DNA from: Geosiphon pyriformis uo1
Lineage: Eukaryota; Fungi; Glomeromycota
Direction: 5' to 3'
DNA length: 64,000 nucleotides
Assembly (NCBI GenBank): GCA_016748015.1
Contig: JAAOMT010000468.1
Coordinates: 1 to 64,000 of the forward strand
Part shown: one piece after another, positions 1-14,095 of the stretch
Layout of the letters: each line of letters opens with the position of its first letter
Position numbering within the stretch: the first letter of the stretch is position 1
Position numbers and translations under genes: made by a program
Notes under the pieces: model-generated
Told to the model about the DNA's origin: nothing
The model's database searches: none
What the model saw: only the letters and a program-made list of their open reading frames with translations

Positions 1-3000
1 TGATAAATTGGTATAATTAATTAGTTTTTTTTTGGTTTAAATTCAATTTTAAATTTTTTTAATAAATAATAGTATATTAAAAACATAGTATTTTAGGTAC
101 TATTAGTTATCATAAATATAATACATTCTTAACAAAGTTGAATATTTATCTATATTAATTAATAAATTTGGATTTTTTTAAAAAATATTGGTAACTTGCT
201 GCTTTATAATATATATTTTAACTTTATCAAAATAGTTGTAATTTGATATTATTAATATATAATTATAAATTAGCTTTTTTTATTTGTTCAATATATTTTT
301 GGATTTTTTTATTAATAAGATTTATAAATTATTTTTAGATTATGAAAATATTAATATAATTTTTAAAGTGTATTATTGCAAGTTACATAAAATAGGGTTT
401 TTTTACTTTTTCAAAAATTTAAAGAGTATATTGACAGGTCTAATTACAAACTTTTCCTCTAAATATAACATCAATTCAACTATATATTTTATAAACAATT
501 ATCTACAAGTAAAACAAGAATTTATTATATTAGAATATATTAAACAGTAGTATAATTATTTTTTATTTAAATTGTATTATTTACAAAAGCTTTTGCTGCA
601 AAATACATAAAAAATAAGTATTTTGTATTTGTTTTTCTGTTTTATTAATCGTTTTATTGTTTAATTAATATCTATCTAATATTTTATTTTAATTAATCTT
701 ATATAAAAGTAGATTATAAAAATTTATTATAATAAAACAACACTTTTTTTCGGTTTAAACTAATTAATATTTAATATTTATTAATTAAATTATAATTTTG
801 CTTATGTAATAATAGTTAATATATTTAAAAAACTTTATAAATTACTAATATATTTTTTTTTTAATATTGTTATTTAATTAATCTATAAACTTTTTAAATT
901 TTTTTTATTTATATATAACCAATATTTAATTATAAAAATTTTAAAATTAAATTTTTTGTTGTTTTAATTAAAGCTATAGGTTTTGTGTTTGTTAAAATAT
1001 TTTTAATTTCAAACTTTAGAAATTATTAAGATTAGGCTTTTATTTAAAACTTGTAAATTTTTAATATATAAAAGTTAAATACCAATAAGTTTAACAATAA
1101 ATCTAATTAAGAAAGCTAATTTTGTCAATTCAGTTTTCAAAAAAGCTAATTTAAAGTCAATTACAGAATTAACAACAGCAACAAAAAAACAAAAGAAGCA
1201 ACAATATTTATATATAATTTTGCATTAGTAAAATAACTATTAAAAACTTTGAAATTAATTACAAAATTTAACAAAATTTTTGGCAAATAAAAAAAAATAT
1301 TTTATACTTAAAAACCAATTAATCCAAATTTTAATACTTAAAACAATATTGAAAATCAGAAGTTTTTTATAAAACATACCTCTTTTTTAAATTATTAGTT
1401 TTAATAATAGCATTATTTAATTTTGTTAAAAACCAAAAATAACAAAAATATATCTTAACTGTTAAGTAAAATCAAAGAACAAAAAAATAAAACAGATATA
1501 ATTACATAGTTAAAAAATTAATTTACTAATTTTAAAAGAATATAGCCAAATAAAAGATTTATTAACTTGGTTTTAAAAATGTTTTTAGAAATAATAATCT
1601 TTTTAATTCAAAAAATTAATTAATAAGTTAAAGCAATATTCAAAAATTTACAAAACTTAAAAGCAAAACCAAATATCACAGAAAATTTATAATTTTTAAA
1701 GTAATTTAAACGAGTATTTTAGCAAACTGTATTTGAATAATAATATTTAAAAAACCTATAATACAAATTTTATAAAAAAAAGTTAAAAATTGTTCTTAAT
1801 AACTAATTTTAAACTAAAAAAATCATGTTAAAACTAAAATACAGTTTTAACATATTTTAATTTTAAAAGTTTTATTAAACATTAAAGTAAAAATTATTAT
1901 TAAAATTTACAATATTTTTAAAAAACAAAAAAAAATACTTTAATTTTTAATTTAATCTAATTTTTAAAATTAAAAGATTTAATAAATTAATTAATAAAAA
2001 TAGTATGCAAAATATAACTTATTTTGTTTTTTAAAATTAACAATATTAATTAAAATTCAACATATTAAATAATTTAGTCATGTATTAATTAAAACTAGCT
2101 TTAATTAAAATGTTATTATTGTTATTATTTGAATAAAAAAAGAAATTATTGTTTACAATCAGATTTAAATAGACATTATAATTGAAATAATTATTATAAA
2201 ATTGGTATAAATACCAAAAAATTAGATAAAACAAGTGTTTTATTTTTTACAAAAATAAAAACAGGCTTTAAATTGAAATTAATACTCTAAAAATACAAAA
2301 AAATATATTATTATTTGGTATCTTAAAAATATTCGTTAACTTTAACTAAATAAAAAATTTGTTTTTTTGTTTTTTTGGTTATTTAAACAACTATAAAAAA
2401 GATTAAAAATGAAAAAAAAAGACTTAATTAACAATTTGCTATTAGAAAATTTTTTTTGCTTTTTTTACTTTTTGTTTTGGAAAAATATAAAAAAAGTTTT
2501 TTACTTTGCTAATTTTATGAAACAATATATAAGTTTTATTATATTGCTTTTTAATTATTTTAATTAAATTACTTATATATTTAAATAACTTATATTTTTT
2601 TTATATAATATGCAAATTTTTAACACTTGAAAAAAACAATTAAAAACCAAAAAAATTTCAATATTTAAATAATAATAGAATTTTTATTTTTTAATTAAAA
2701 AATATTTAAACAATATAAATTATATTAAAACTAATAAGATAAAAAAGAATTTTAAATCGTATAATAAAATATTATATAATAAACAATTAAAATTTACATA
2801 TATGTTGAATTTATATTTGGTTTTAACCGAAAAAATTAATTTAAAAATTAAATATTTGATACAATAAAAGTTTCAAACAATATTAAGTTGGTTAAATCTA
2901 AATAATTGAATTAATTAATTAAAAAATTTATAAATTTATAGCAAAAAAAACTTGAAAATTTACCAAAAAGATAAAGCAAATATAAAAAAATTAATATTAT

Positions 3001-3540
3001 TAAAAATAAACATGTTGTATTAATTGATTTTAAGCAATAATAAATTAAGAACAAAATAAATAAAATAACAAAACATAATAGTATTAAAATATAATATTTA
3101 ATAAGTATGAGTTAATATACTTATTAAAACTTGTATAATTAGTATGATAAATTAAGAGTTTTATAGTTAAATATAAAATAATATAGTTTTAATTAGCTTA
3201 AATAACTGATTAAATCTGAATAAATAAACATTAATTGCATTTAATATAGAATATATACTAAATTTTTAAGCAATTTAAAAAAAAAAGTTATTAGTCTTAA
3301 TTATTTATATCAAAATTAATTATAAATTGTTTTTATTTTGTTATAATTTGTATTATCTTTTCAGTTAATTATTTCTTTAATTTTTATTAATTAACTTTGA
3401 TTACAAAACTTTTTATTAATTTACAAAAAATAAATATTAATGTTTTAATATTTAAAATTATTACAAATCTACAATATAAATTTGTTTTATAAATTTTTAT
3501 TGATATTATAAATAGAATTTATAAGTATTAATTATTCGTA
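1..3540. repeat. Extremely AT-rich, CpG-depleted block; probable fully decayed transposon or repeat relic
   Basis: Very few G/C and almost no CpG over 3.5 kb. Codon-like residual stretches (e.g. 1081-1200) but no credible ORF. Composition shifts before the F-box gene. Confidence 0.5.
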
Positions 3541-4535
3541 ATATTGCAAAATATTATATATATATATATATGTGTGTTTGTCAATGTATGTATATAGTGT
3601 GTAATGAAAAACTTGTATTTTTAAAAGGCTTATAATTTATCAAAAAATTCACATAATATTTTTTAATTATTATTTGCAATTATTATTTTACAATAAGGTT
3701 TTATTATTATCCAATTAGAGCTTTTTTTACCATCTTTTTTATAAATACTCTCAGAAATAAATTTTTAAGCAATTTTACATTTGTGCTTTAGATTGTTAAT
3801 TTATTATAATGGCCATTCATTATCTTAATAAAACAAAATAAATTTGTTTTTCTTTTTTCATAAAAACTATTTTAAACAAAAAATTTTGTGATTTTGTGAT
3901 ATAGTGCAAGTTGGATGTGAATCTTTGTATCAAAATTTTAGTGTGTTCCAAAATTAACAGAAAGTTATTTCCAATTGTTATTCAAGTATCAGTGAGCTTA
4001 TTTATGTGTTGTTTTTATGCTTATCTGGAAGTATTGGTGTTGTTTAAAGAACGATATTTTTGTATTCAAGAGTTGCTAAATGTCTTCTAATTGTTTTGTA
4101 GAATATTTTTTATGGGTTGAATCCTAATCTTTGATGTTTTTTCAACAAAACTCTAAAAATAATAGATCATTCAAACTTGTGGATCGGCTACGAAATGAAA
4201 CCAATATTTGAAGAGTTTCATTGTTGATTATAAATTTTCTTATCTATATTTATAACATACATATTTTGCACACATTAAATGAATTATTCTTCATTCTATT
4301 TTAAATTTGTTTTCTAAAAAATGATCAATTTAATTTTAAATATTTTTAGTCCCAAATTTTTACAATAGTCATAAATTTTACACTTCATATATTATGGTCA
4401 TTCTATTTAACCATGTTTCTTAAGGAGACAAAATTTAGCTTATAAATTAAAAAAATAAGTTATAATGGGAAATATTTGCCTAAAATTCCTAAGAAAAAAA
4501 AAAGCGATAAATTAACAACAGGTAACTGACCAGAG

Positions 4536-6065
4536 CTAATAAAAATTTATAAAAAAAAAAAGAGTAATATACAAACCTGCAAAGTCTACATATTTTCGGC
4601 TAATGTTGTGTTGTTGTAAAAATAATTCTTGTTGCACTGTGAATTTCATATAAAAAGGAAGATCCAGTAGTTTAAGCTTATTATTTGGATGTGAAAAGCC
4701 CTCTTCCAAAAAACCTAGGTTCAAATATATGTTTGTAATGACAACCCCATCAGCTATATAAAGCATGGATGATTTTATTCGTAAAGCTCGCATTGAATAT
4801 GGCAAAATTTCAGCAATTTCTGTGAATGCTGTGACCGCATTTGAAGAAAGGTCGAGTCGGAATGAGAAACGCTCAAGATTCGAAAAGTATTTCAACAATT
4901 CGCATGCAACCTCTTTTGATAATGGATCTTCGATTTCCAGACAGATGAGATTAGAAGCTGTTCGGTTAATTAATGATGCCCATATTGCACTTGAAGATTG
5001 GCCATTCGGTGTTGTTTCTAGACGTAAGTATTTTAGATTTCTTCCAGCTGTTTCGATTATTCGTGTAAAAGTTTGATTTACTAATTCTCTGCTAATTTTT
5101 GTAGGAGTATCACAAAATAAGCTTAAACATTCCATATTTTTGAAAAAAGCTTGGGTTGTTGATAAATTAATAGGGCTAACCATATCTTTTCTATAATTAA
5201 ATCGAAGATCGAGACATTTGAGATTGACAAAAAGAGTACACTTGTCATATATTTCTTGTGTAAATATCTCGAAATCATATTGATAAATTCTCAATGATTG
5301 GAGAGTGTTGCTCAAGAGCATTTTCAATAGCCAAGAATACCGTGGTAACTTGATAAGAGTAAGAGAGGTAAAATGGTTTATTGATGTAGATATTCCTTTG
5401 GTTCTTATTTCACTATACTTCATACGCATCGTTGTATCTGTTTCCATTTCGTAAAATAAATGCTTGACATTTCGACATTTTGCGGATAAATAAAAAAAAT
5501 TTCTCGGATCCGTATTTGAGAATCGAATAAGATCCACGCTCTTTAATAATTGGTTACAGGCTGGGGATTTAAGACCACTCCAAAATGTCGATTTTGGATG
5601 ACATGTGATCCATATAGTTTTCAAATTTGCCCCTTTTCTTGCAAAAAGTCTAATGATTGCTTGCATAAGAATTTCCACTTTTTGTTCTTGATCCCATCTG
5701 AGGCTAAGATAACGTGATTCGGGGAATAAAAAAACTTTCACCTCGAATGTAAAGGTTTTCATGTTTAATTCTTGTAGAAAAGAAGGATAATTAAAGCTTG
5801 GAACAAGTGTTGTTGGTGGTTTAGCTATTCGATTCGTTTGAAGATATTGCCACTCTAATGTTGAAAAACATCCTAATAAGGTCGCCATTGGGTTATTGGG
5901 TGAATAGTGACCCCTAAATGGGGAACTCCATAGTAGCGGAATTATTTCTCGACACCGTTGACGATCAATTGAAAGACACTTAAATAAAGATCCATGATCT
6001 AAATTTTCGAAAATTTCTTTGCGGATTTCTAGCGGCAACGTTATAAAGAGACTTTTTGTAGTCAT
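4536..6065 (-). CDS. F-box / RNI-like (LRR) protein
   Basis: 509-aa ORF with N-terminal F-box-like motif (LPLEIRKEIFENL...SLFKCLSIDRQRCREIIPLLWSSPF) then FNYPSFLQELN, typical of expanded AMF F-box families. A GCAG|GTTTG donor near 4575 suggests the true 3' end is spliced. Confidence 0.8.
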   Translation of the reverse strand: MTTKSLFITLPLEIRKEIFENLDHGSLFKCLSIDRQRCREIIPLLWSSPFRGHYSPNNPMATLLGCFSTLEWQYLQTNRIAKPPTTLVPSFNYPSFLQELNMKTFTFEVKVFLFPESRYLSLRWDQEQKVEILMQAIIRLFARKGANLKTIWITCHPKSTFWSGLKSPACNQLLKSVDLIRFSNTDPRNFFYLSAKCRNVKHLFYEMETDTTMRMKYSEIRTKGISTSINHFTSLTLIKLPRYSWLLKMLLSNTLQSLRIYQYDFEIFTQEIYDKCTLFVNLKCLDLRFNYRKDMVSPINLSTTQAFFKNMECLSLFCDTPTKISRELVNQTFTRIIETAGRNLKYLRLETTPNGQSSSAIWASLINRTASNLICLEIEDPLSKEVACELLKYFSNLERFSFRLDLSSNAVTAFTEIAEILPYSMRALRIKSSMLYIADGVVITNIYLNLGFLEEGFSHPNNKLKLLDLPFYMKFTVQQELFLQQHNISRKYVDFAGLYITLFFFINFY

Positions 6066-6577
6066 TTTTTTTTAAAAAAGATAAAGAAATTCTTGGAAAT
6101 TAAGGGTAATTAAGGGTAATTAAAATAATAAAGTAACGGTTCAAAAACCCATTTTATTCAATTCAACAATAAAGATTGGTGGTTCCATGTGCATGTGCAT
6201 GTACATGTACATTTAAAATTCTTTTTTATCAATTGTGTAACTTGGGTTGATGAAAATTAGTAATTCAAGTTTTAAATAAGACTTTATCACACACAAATTT
6301 CAGACTTTAACATTATAAATAAGCTCATATTTAAATCCTTATATATATACACACAAACACACACATAGATACATAAACTTTAATCTTTTAATCAAAGATG
6401 ATTAAATAGTAAAAAATTGGCTAATCTTTATTAATTTAATTTTCTTTAAGAAATTTCTCAATCTTGAAATGTATGTACTGCTAACTTTTGTTATATTAAT
6501 CCTCCATTTTTAGTTATTCTTAATAGTAACCAAAAAATTTTGCATATCATCTTGGAAACTCCAAGGATGAATCGTTT

Positions 6578-8539
6578 TCATTCTCGATTCCAACCATCAC
6601 CACGTACTTCCGATGTAGGCTTAAAAATCGGAAAAGGGTGAGCTTCAGTAGTAAAAACAAATTTATCAAATGGGAAACGATCGTTATCAGGATCGTCGAA
6701 TAATAAGTAAAAATATTTCAAAGTTTCAGTCTGAATTTTTTTATTGTCGACAAATTCGTGAATTGAAATCAGAAATGGATAAAAGAAATTTATAAATTAA
6801 AAATTCATGAGAACAGCCGGTCAAAAATGATCAAAATAATTTTCAACAAACCAGCCAAAATGATTCCATCTTGTCACGTTTAGCTGAGGTCACATTCCTC
6901 ACGTCTTGAAGCTCAAAATAAGCACCATCTTCTAATTTAGCATACTTTTCAAAGGCTTCGAAGATTGTCCAGCCCCATTCTCTATGGTTGGAGGGAAAAA
7001 AATTTCAATTTTAGAAGGTTTAAATCTTAATAGTTGTAGCAAAAATCAAATTCAAAATTCAAGAATACTCTCTCACCTATATTTTAAATCGCCAGTGATT
7101 TTCCAAAGATAATAAAAACTTTCAATCGTTTCAGGTCGAAGTTGATTATGTGTTTGACCAGGTAGTATATCAAAATCCGGTTTAATCCGTGAGCTCATTT
7201 CGAATTTAACGATTTCAGGAGCAATGTTAGTTGCGGTAAAAAAATACAATTGGGCACAGGTTTCAGTCAGTTCCACAGCAACTTTGAAATCTTCATTATC
7301 TGTTAATCGTGATTTTGGATTTTGAGGATTTGTGATTGAACCAAGGGCTAATGCGCCACCCATAAAGCATGTCAAATGGTCCATTACATGGTTGTTTGTA
7401 AGATCCCGAGGGTACTGTACAATCTCACCAAAATGTAATCGGTTATTTGGTAGGGAATAGGCAATAAGATGTTTTTTAATGCCAAAGACTGCTTCGTTCC
7501 ACAATCGACGATAAATTGGTTCAGTCCCTGCTGTCTGTATATATGACTTTAGCAAATATTCTAAATATCGAGTATGAATGAAAAAATATTTAACGCGCGA
7601 AACAAAATGATTGAGGAGAAAAATTCAAGAAATTTCATTCAAAAAGTACCATAATAACTATCCCCATTACCACCAACCCTGATCCAGGGACTATCGAATT
7701 CGCCAGAGGTCACGCTCGAAATAAAAAAAATTAATAAAGTGAAATTCAAAATACAAAATACAAAAAAAACAATCAAATAATTATTTTACCCAAAGAAATT
7801 CTTACTTCAATCGAAGTGGACATAGGCCATCCAATTTTTCTAATCCATCAATATGAAATATAATTTTTTCGGCAGCACGCCAATACTTTTCATCACCAGT
7901 TAAATGAGATAAATATCGAAATTCAAGGTTTAAGGTTCCCGCTTCAGCCAATCCAATAAAATCAAGAGTTCCTGATCCTGATCTTAAATTCACAAATAGA
8001 TAAGGTAAAACAGCTGATGGTGTTGAAAAACTAGCCATCAATCGATCCCCTAGATCTTTAGATTTTTCCAAATAAAGTTTATCATTCCCAGACAGATGAT
8101 ACGCGCTCAGTAACCCACCCAAAACTCTTATAGTTATTTCAAAAATTTGAGCCGAGGAATCTTGATTAAAATCCAATTTTGTAGCAACCCATTCTCTAGC
8201 TTTCTTGTATTCTTCATCAAGTTTCATGATCAACAGCGTATCTAACGAGTCAACTATCGTAAATCCGACACCAATACCGACAAGATTTGAACCATTATGA
8301 CTGACTGGATGATAGAGATCGTAGCCCCAAGCATCTTTCTCGTACGCATCCCAAGATCGTTTGAAAGCTTGTTTGACTTGTTCTTGACGTTCGAACCATA
8401 AAGTTTTATAAAGTCTCTTATCATTTTGCTTTCGAAGATGAGCTTCATAAAATGTATTGGTTAACCATAGAATCCCAATGAAGAATGTGGTCAAGAGTGT
8501 TAATTGAAAGAATCGATAGATTAAAGATTTTCGTAACAT
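6578..8539 (-). CDS. MNS1: Class I alpha-1,2-mannosidase (GH47), type II membrane protein; exons approx. 8539-7806, 7714-7650, 7560-7077, 6981-6852, 6730-6578
   Basis: Motifs FEITIRVLGGLLSAY, LAEAGTLNLEF, GDSYYEYLLK (spliced), DHLTCFMGG, LRPETIES, MESFWLTETLKY and TTEAHP. N-terminal TM anchor. GT-AG introns keep the frame. Confidence 0.93.
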
Positions 8540-9336
8540 TTGCTAAGGTTTCAAAAGATATTTATAGTTAACAAAAGAAAATGATAAATAGCACTTCAGT
8601 TTGATGAAATTATCCTTGGTGGGGGGAATGATTTTGAAGCTGAATTAATTTACTAAAAAATGGAGAGAGGTCAGTTTACAATATTAAAAATATATTTTTG
8701 AGTGGGAGTGAACTCAATTACTACAAGACTTTTATGATTTTACATACCCTTAAAAATCATGATTTTATTATTTTAAATCCTTTGAACTTTTGATCTTTGA
8801 TATTTGATGAAAAAAAAAACGAGGGATTGAGATTTTAACAATCAAAAAATCTGTGTTTCCTTTAAAAAATCGATCAAATTTTGATGTTTCACTTATAAAT
8901 GTTTGTATATCAACTTGTTAAACATGCATGCACAAAACTAATTTTGGAATAGAGCAGAAATAGAAATAGCGTACCCAAAAGATATTTTAGTTATAAAACC
9001 AAATATTTAGTAATTCGCCTTTTACCCAGTGACAGCCGGTTAAAGGGATATAATTTTGTTGCTGAAACGGAAAAAAAGCCTCACCCTTAATCAAGAAAAT
9101 GCTTGAAAATTATGAATTTCATTGTATGACAGGGGTAAAAATTCAAAGATGCTTTGTAAGCCTTGGATTTCCAGTTTCACTAATAACCGATAAGAATTGC
9201 CGTTCGTATCACCTGTTAAAGATAACAAAAAGCATCAAATAAAATTAAAAAAAGGAAATAGGATTTCATTCTTCTTTTATAGCAGGCATTTAATCGTACA
9301 CTTTTACCTTTGAAATTTCAAGTAAATCCCAATTAT

Positions 9337-9340
<4 letters not shown>

Positions 9341-9367
<27 letters not shown>
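9341..9367. repeat. (AC)n microsatellite just upstream of Kelch gene 1
   Basis: Direct reading of the acac... run. Confidence 0.9.
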
Positions 9368-9395
9368 TAATCTAGCTTTAAAGTAATCCTTTATA

Positions 9396-11462
9396 ATGAT
9401 TAAAAATTTGTGGGTAATTTTTGTAAAGGCATGGGTAATTTCGTCAATTCCAAATTTAGTTTTGACAGCTGAGAATGTTGACATATCATATCATCGATGG
9501 TTCGTCTTTCTTTTTTAAATGAAATTTTCCCAAAAAGATTAATCAATTTAACGTGAATTGATTATATTTTAAAATTTTTTAAGGTCTCATACCGCTACGT
9601 TAATTGATAAAACGTAAGTTGATATCAGTTTCAGTCACAAAAAAATGGTGAAATTTTTATTTGACCTTTTTCTCTTTGTCTTTCTCTTTCTCTTTCTCTT
9701 TCTCTTTCTCTTTCTCTTTCTCTTTCTCTTTCCTATAGCCTTTATTTATATGGTGGTAAAACTGAGATGGGAAAAGTATTAAACGACAATACAACAGATA
9801 GTAACGATCTATGGACCTTAGATATAACCCAAAAATTCGATGTTTTCTCACCACCGTGGAAAAAAGTCGAAACTTCAAACATTGCACCAAAAGTGTCTCG
9901 ACATTCAGCAACATACGGTGGAAAAAATAATGAAATTTTAGTAATATTTGGAGGTGAAACAGGGACTATACCAATACCTCAAAATTCTTTATTTTATTTC
10001 AACACTATTTCATCACAGTGGTCAAATCCAAATATAAATATAACTGATGGATCAGTATCACCATCTACGCGTCGTCTTGGACATACATCTACAACAAGCA
10101 TCAATAATTCAATCATATATTTTATTGGTGGTCAACATTATATTGATTATCAGTATACAAGAATTTATCAAGAAATTGCTGAACTAGATACAATTCAAAA
10201 TAATTGGTCTTTTTCTTATGATTCTAAATCTTCATTAGCATTTAATATGTTATATGGAAGAATGGGACATTCTGCAACCTTATTAAAAGATGGAAAAATT
10301 TATATTATTGGAGGTTTTAATGAGCCTAAATTAGAATTGGTTGGTATGCAGAATGTTGATGTTTTTGATACAAAAAATTTTTTATGGTCGAGTATGGTAA
10401 GTGAAGAAATTTTTTTAAATAAATAAATATATATATATATATATACATTTCATTTCTCAAATTTTGTTTTAAATAATTTAGACGATTGATGGAAATATCC
10501 CACCATCTCGTAGATTTCACGGAGCTGTTGCAAGTAAGCCGTTTTAAAAACCTTTGATTTTCTTATTTTTTAACATTTCAGTCATTTATTTAAAAAAAAA
10601 AATTTATTTTCATAGATTCGAATAGTACGGCTGTAATAATATTTGGTGGTGCAGATGTTTCGGCAGTCAACTGTTACAATGATCTTTATATTCTAAACAC
10701 ATTAACTTCCCCAATGACATGGTCCTTTCAATCAATGAAAGGTCAAATACCCGGTAAAAGATGTGATTTAACTATGACTTTAGTAGGTACTAATATCATT
10801 GTTTTACATGGTAAGTAAAATAATTTAATTTTTTAGAAAGTTATCTTTTCCAATTCTAATTATGTATCTTTTTCATGAATATTTTCGTTTTTTTTAAAAA
10901 AAAAATAAAGGATACGTGGTAAGCATCTAAATTTTTCCACTATTTTCGATTATTTTTCAAATCATCAGCTATTTAATATCATTTTTTTTTTACCTAGCCT
11001 AACCCTACCTCTGCACAATACTTTTTCGTCTTGGACACAACAACTTGGGTCTGGGAAATTTCATATACTCCAAGAAATCTGGAATTAACATGGCCCCCAT
11101 TTAAATCTTTCCTCACGTCAAACTCCACATATCAAAACGCAAATTCCACATCAACTTTAAAGCCACCAACAGATACTCTTCCATTATCAACAACAATAAC
11201 AACAACAAACAAAGCTTTAATAATAGCATTATCAGTCGCAGCAGGAATAATAATAATCTTTATACTAATTGGGTTATTCTATTTCTTGAAAAGTCGAAAA
11301 GGTTTTTCACCATTTTCAAAATTCAGATCACTCATAGGGACCAATCATCCCTATAAAGATAAAAATTCAGCAAATAAACCAGTCTCGGGGGTTACAACAG
11401 AGGGGCCGGTATTATATGAGGATCGAGTATCTGCACATGAAATTCAAAGTAATGATGAATAG
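9396..11462 (+). CDS. Single-pass membrane Kelch-repeat protein, paralog 1 (about 7 exons including micro-exon 10911-10918)
   Basis: Hydrophobic N-terminus. Kelch repeats (LYLYGG, RHSAT..VIFGG, RLGHT..YFIGG, RMGHSATL..IYIIGG). S/T-rich stalk, then TM ALIIALSVAAGIIIIFILIGLFYFL and a basic cytosolic tail. Confidence 0.85.
9663..9733. repeat. (TTTCTC)n hexamer microsatellite in intron 2 of Kelch gene 1
   Basis: Direct reading; it gives the spurious KEKEKE ORF on the minus strand. Confidence 0.9.
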
Positions 11463-12548
11463 TGCTTTTGGGGAGGGTGGAGGATGGGGGGTGGATAATA
11501 AATTTTTGATTCGAAAATATTTATAAAATGAATAAAATTCTTGTTTGAGAAATATCTGAAAATAAGAATTTAATATAATTTTTTTCTGGCTTTAAACTAC
11601 TCAATATCTTGATTTAAAGTGACAATTTAAAGAGAAATTAAAACCAAATTTGATTTTACACTCTTAAGTATTCAATTTAAAGTTATTAAATTACAAATTT
11701 CTTATAAATTTCATTTGTTCAATAAAAATGTATATAAAAGAGACAATAAATTATACTTTGAGAACTTTTATAAACAATTTTTATACTCATTAAATCATCA
11801 TTATTTTTTCAATGTTAACACATTAGTTTATATGAAATAATTCCAAACTTGAGAAAAAAAAAAGTATAATTTTTATAAAAAAAAAATTTTCTTTATAATT
11901 TTTGAATTTTCATTCAATAAATAAGTAAATATGCATAAATTTGAAAATCTTCAACATCCACATTTTTTGATTCCAATTTTTTAAAATGAGAATTCTTATA
12001 TAATAACCCCAATTAATCGTGTACAGAATAATAAAATAAGGTTTCTACCCAGTTTTCTTTATTAAGTGAAAAAGGCCAATCCTAAAAAAGCTTTTATATG
12101 TCACAGCATGATGTCATACACTTGGAATCACAGTATCTTTAATTGTGAAATTTATTTCTAAAAATGTCAAACAACATTTTTTTCTGTCCAAAGAAAACAA
12201 CGAAAAATAACTCGCGTGAAAGAAATGTCAGGTATTACCAATTGAATTTTTGCAAAAAGACAAAAAAAATACTTTTTATTTTCCTTTGTGATAATTCTTA
12301 ATGTTTTACCTCGTTAATTTCTTTATTAAGGTTTCTACTGGTTTAGGTAACAAGTATTAATAACTTTGGTAAATTGCTACGAATTCCTTGTTTTAGATTT
12401 TTTTTTTTGCAATTTAAAATATTTCATTAAAAAAGCTGCTGGTCCATAAAAAAAATGTTTTCAATACGTTAAAAAAAAAACTTGAAGGCTTTTCTAGTTT
12501 TAACAATTTTCTATTGTCGTCGTCTTAAAATTCACATAAAAATCTCAC

Positions 12549-14054
12549 ATGTATAATCAAACTTTTATCATTTATTTATTATGGATAAATATTGTAATAG
12601 TTTACTATTTATCTTCTCTAGCAATTGCTAGTGGGCCTTCTTACAGATGGTGCGTATAAGATTGATTACTCGAATAATTGTTTATATAAGTGAAGAAATC
12701 TTTACTCCTGACAAAAAAATCTAATTAAATATATACATATTTATTTATTTTACCTAGGCAACATTCAACGATTTTAATTGATAACAAGTGAGTTTCAAAA
12801 GTTATTTTTCAAGCAAATTCTTTAACATCAAGTTAAACCTTCTATTTTTTACTCTGAAAGGATCTATGTTTTTGGTGGAAAAGTTGGGAGCGGCAATATT
12901 ACAAATACAAATGAACTGTGGATCTTAAATGTTTCAATACCATTCAATACACTTTCGGCACCGTGGCTTCAAGGTATCTCAGATAATGCTCCTACAGTCT
13001 GTGGACATACAGCAAGTTTAAGCGGGGAAAATAACGATCAAATGATCATATTTGGAGGAGAAGCTTCCACAATACCATTACCCTCGAGCACTCTTTACAA
13101 TTTTAATACGAAAACTTTACAATGGTCAAACATTAAAAGCAATTCATCTCTTTCTACAAGACGTGTGGGTCATGCTGCCATAAATAATTTTAATAAATTG
13201 ACAATTTATTTTCTCGGTGGTCAAATTTATTCTGATTCTCAATATACGAATATTTATCCGGATGCTTTGGCGTTTGATACTGCGAGGAACAGCTTGTCTA
13301 ATGTAACTTCTACTATATCGAGCTCCAGGAGAATGCTACACACCGCCACAAGTTTAGTTGATGGAAAGATTTATATAATTGGAGGACAAAGTGAGTCAAA
13401 GAAAGAATTGGTCTCAATGAATGATATTGATGTATATGATACTGTCAGTGGCCTTTGGTCAACTCAGGTATTTGTCGTTAGAAATTTGTTAATATTATTT
13501 CCATAACGGTTCCCTTTATTCTAAAAAGTAGTTTAAAATTATAGATAGCTCAAGGGGATAGTCCACTGCCTCGTCGAGGTCATGCAGCTGTCGTTTTACC
13601 AGGTAGAAATACAGATCTCTATGTAGGAGTGAAGCTTCAAGCCTATATTTACCCATTTCATTTAATAGAAACCAATAAGATCTTAATATTCGGTGGTACA
13701 GACCAAAATGGGACAGTTTATTACAATGATCTTACTACTTTAGATACATCGACTAAACCGTTGACTTGGTCAAAACAAGTAACAAAAGGATCAGGACCAT
13801 CAGCAAGGGCTGGACATAGTATGACTATGGTCGGAACAAACATAATTGTGCTAAATGGTGAGTTGTAATTTTGTGGATTCAAGAAATTTTAAATTTTCCA
13901 TTTCTTTCTCTAATTTTATAATTTCTTTTTAATATGTATACGTCACGTCTTTTTAGGGATTACGGTAATTTTCTTTGAACTTTTGCAATTTTTTCATTCG
14001 CTTTTTTTTAATTCTCTAATTCTAAGATTTTCTTCCAACCCATTTATTAGAATG

Positions 14055-14095
<41 letters not shown>

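Noticed and set aside
284-550. Short ORFs in AT-rich or microsatellite DNA (also 9657, 14022, 14047, 23901, 24562, 28129, 31801, 44772)
   Set aside because: Low-complexity F/I/L/K/N/Y translations expected by chance, or antisense to real exons.
4765-5076. Antisense or overlapping ORFs within real genes (also 29449, 39164, 41002)
   Set aside because: Shadows of the true CDS with no independent motifs.
6098-6125. Telomere-like TTAAGGG repeats
   Set aside because: Only two copies of a 10-nt unit, not TTAGGG, and located in a promoter region.
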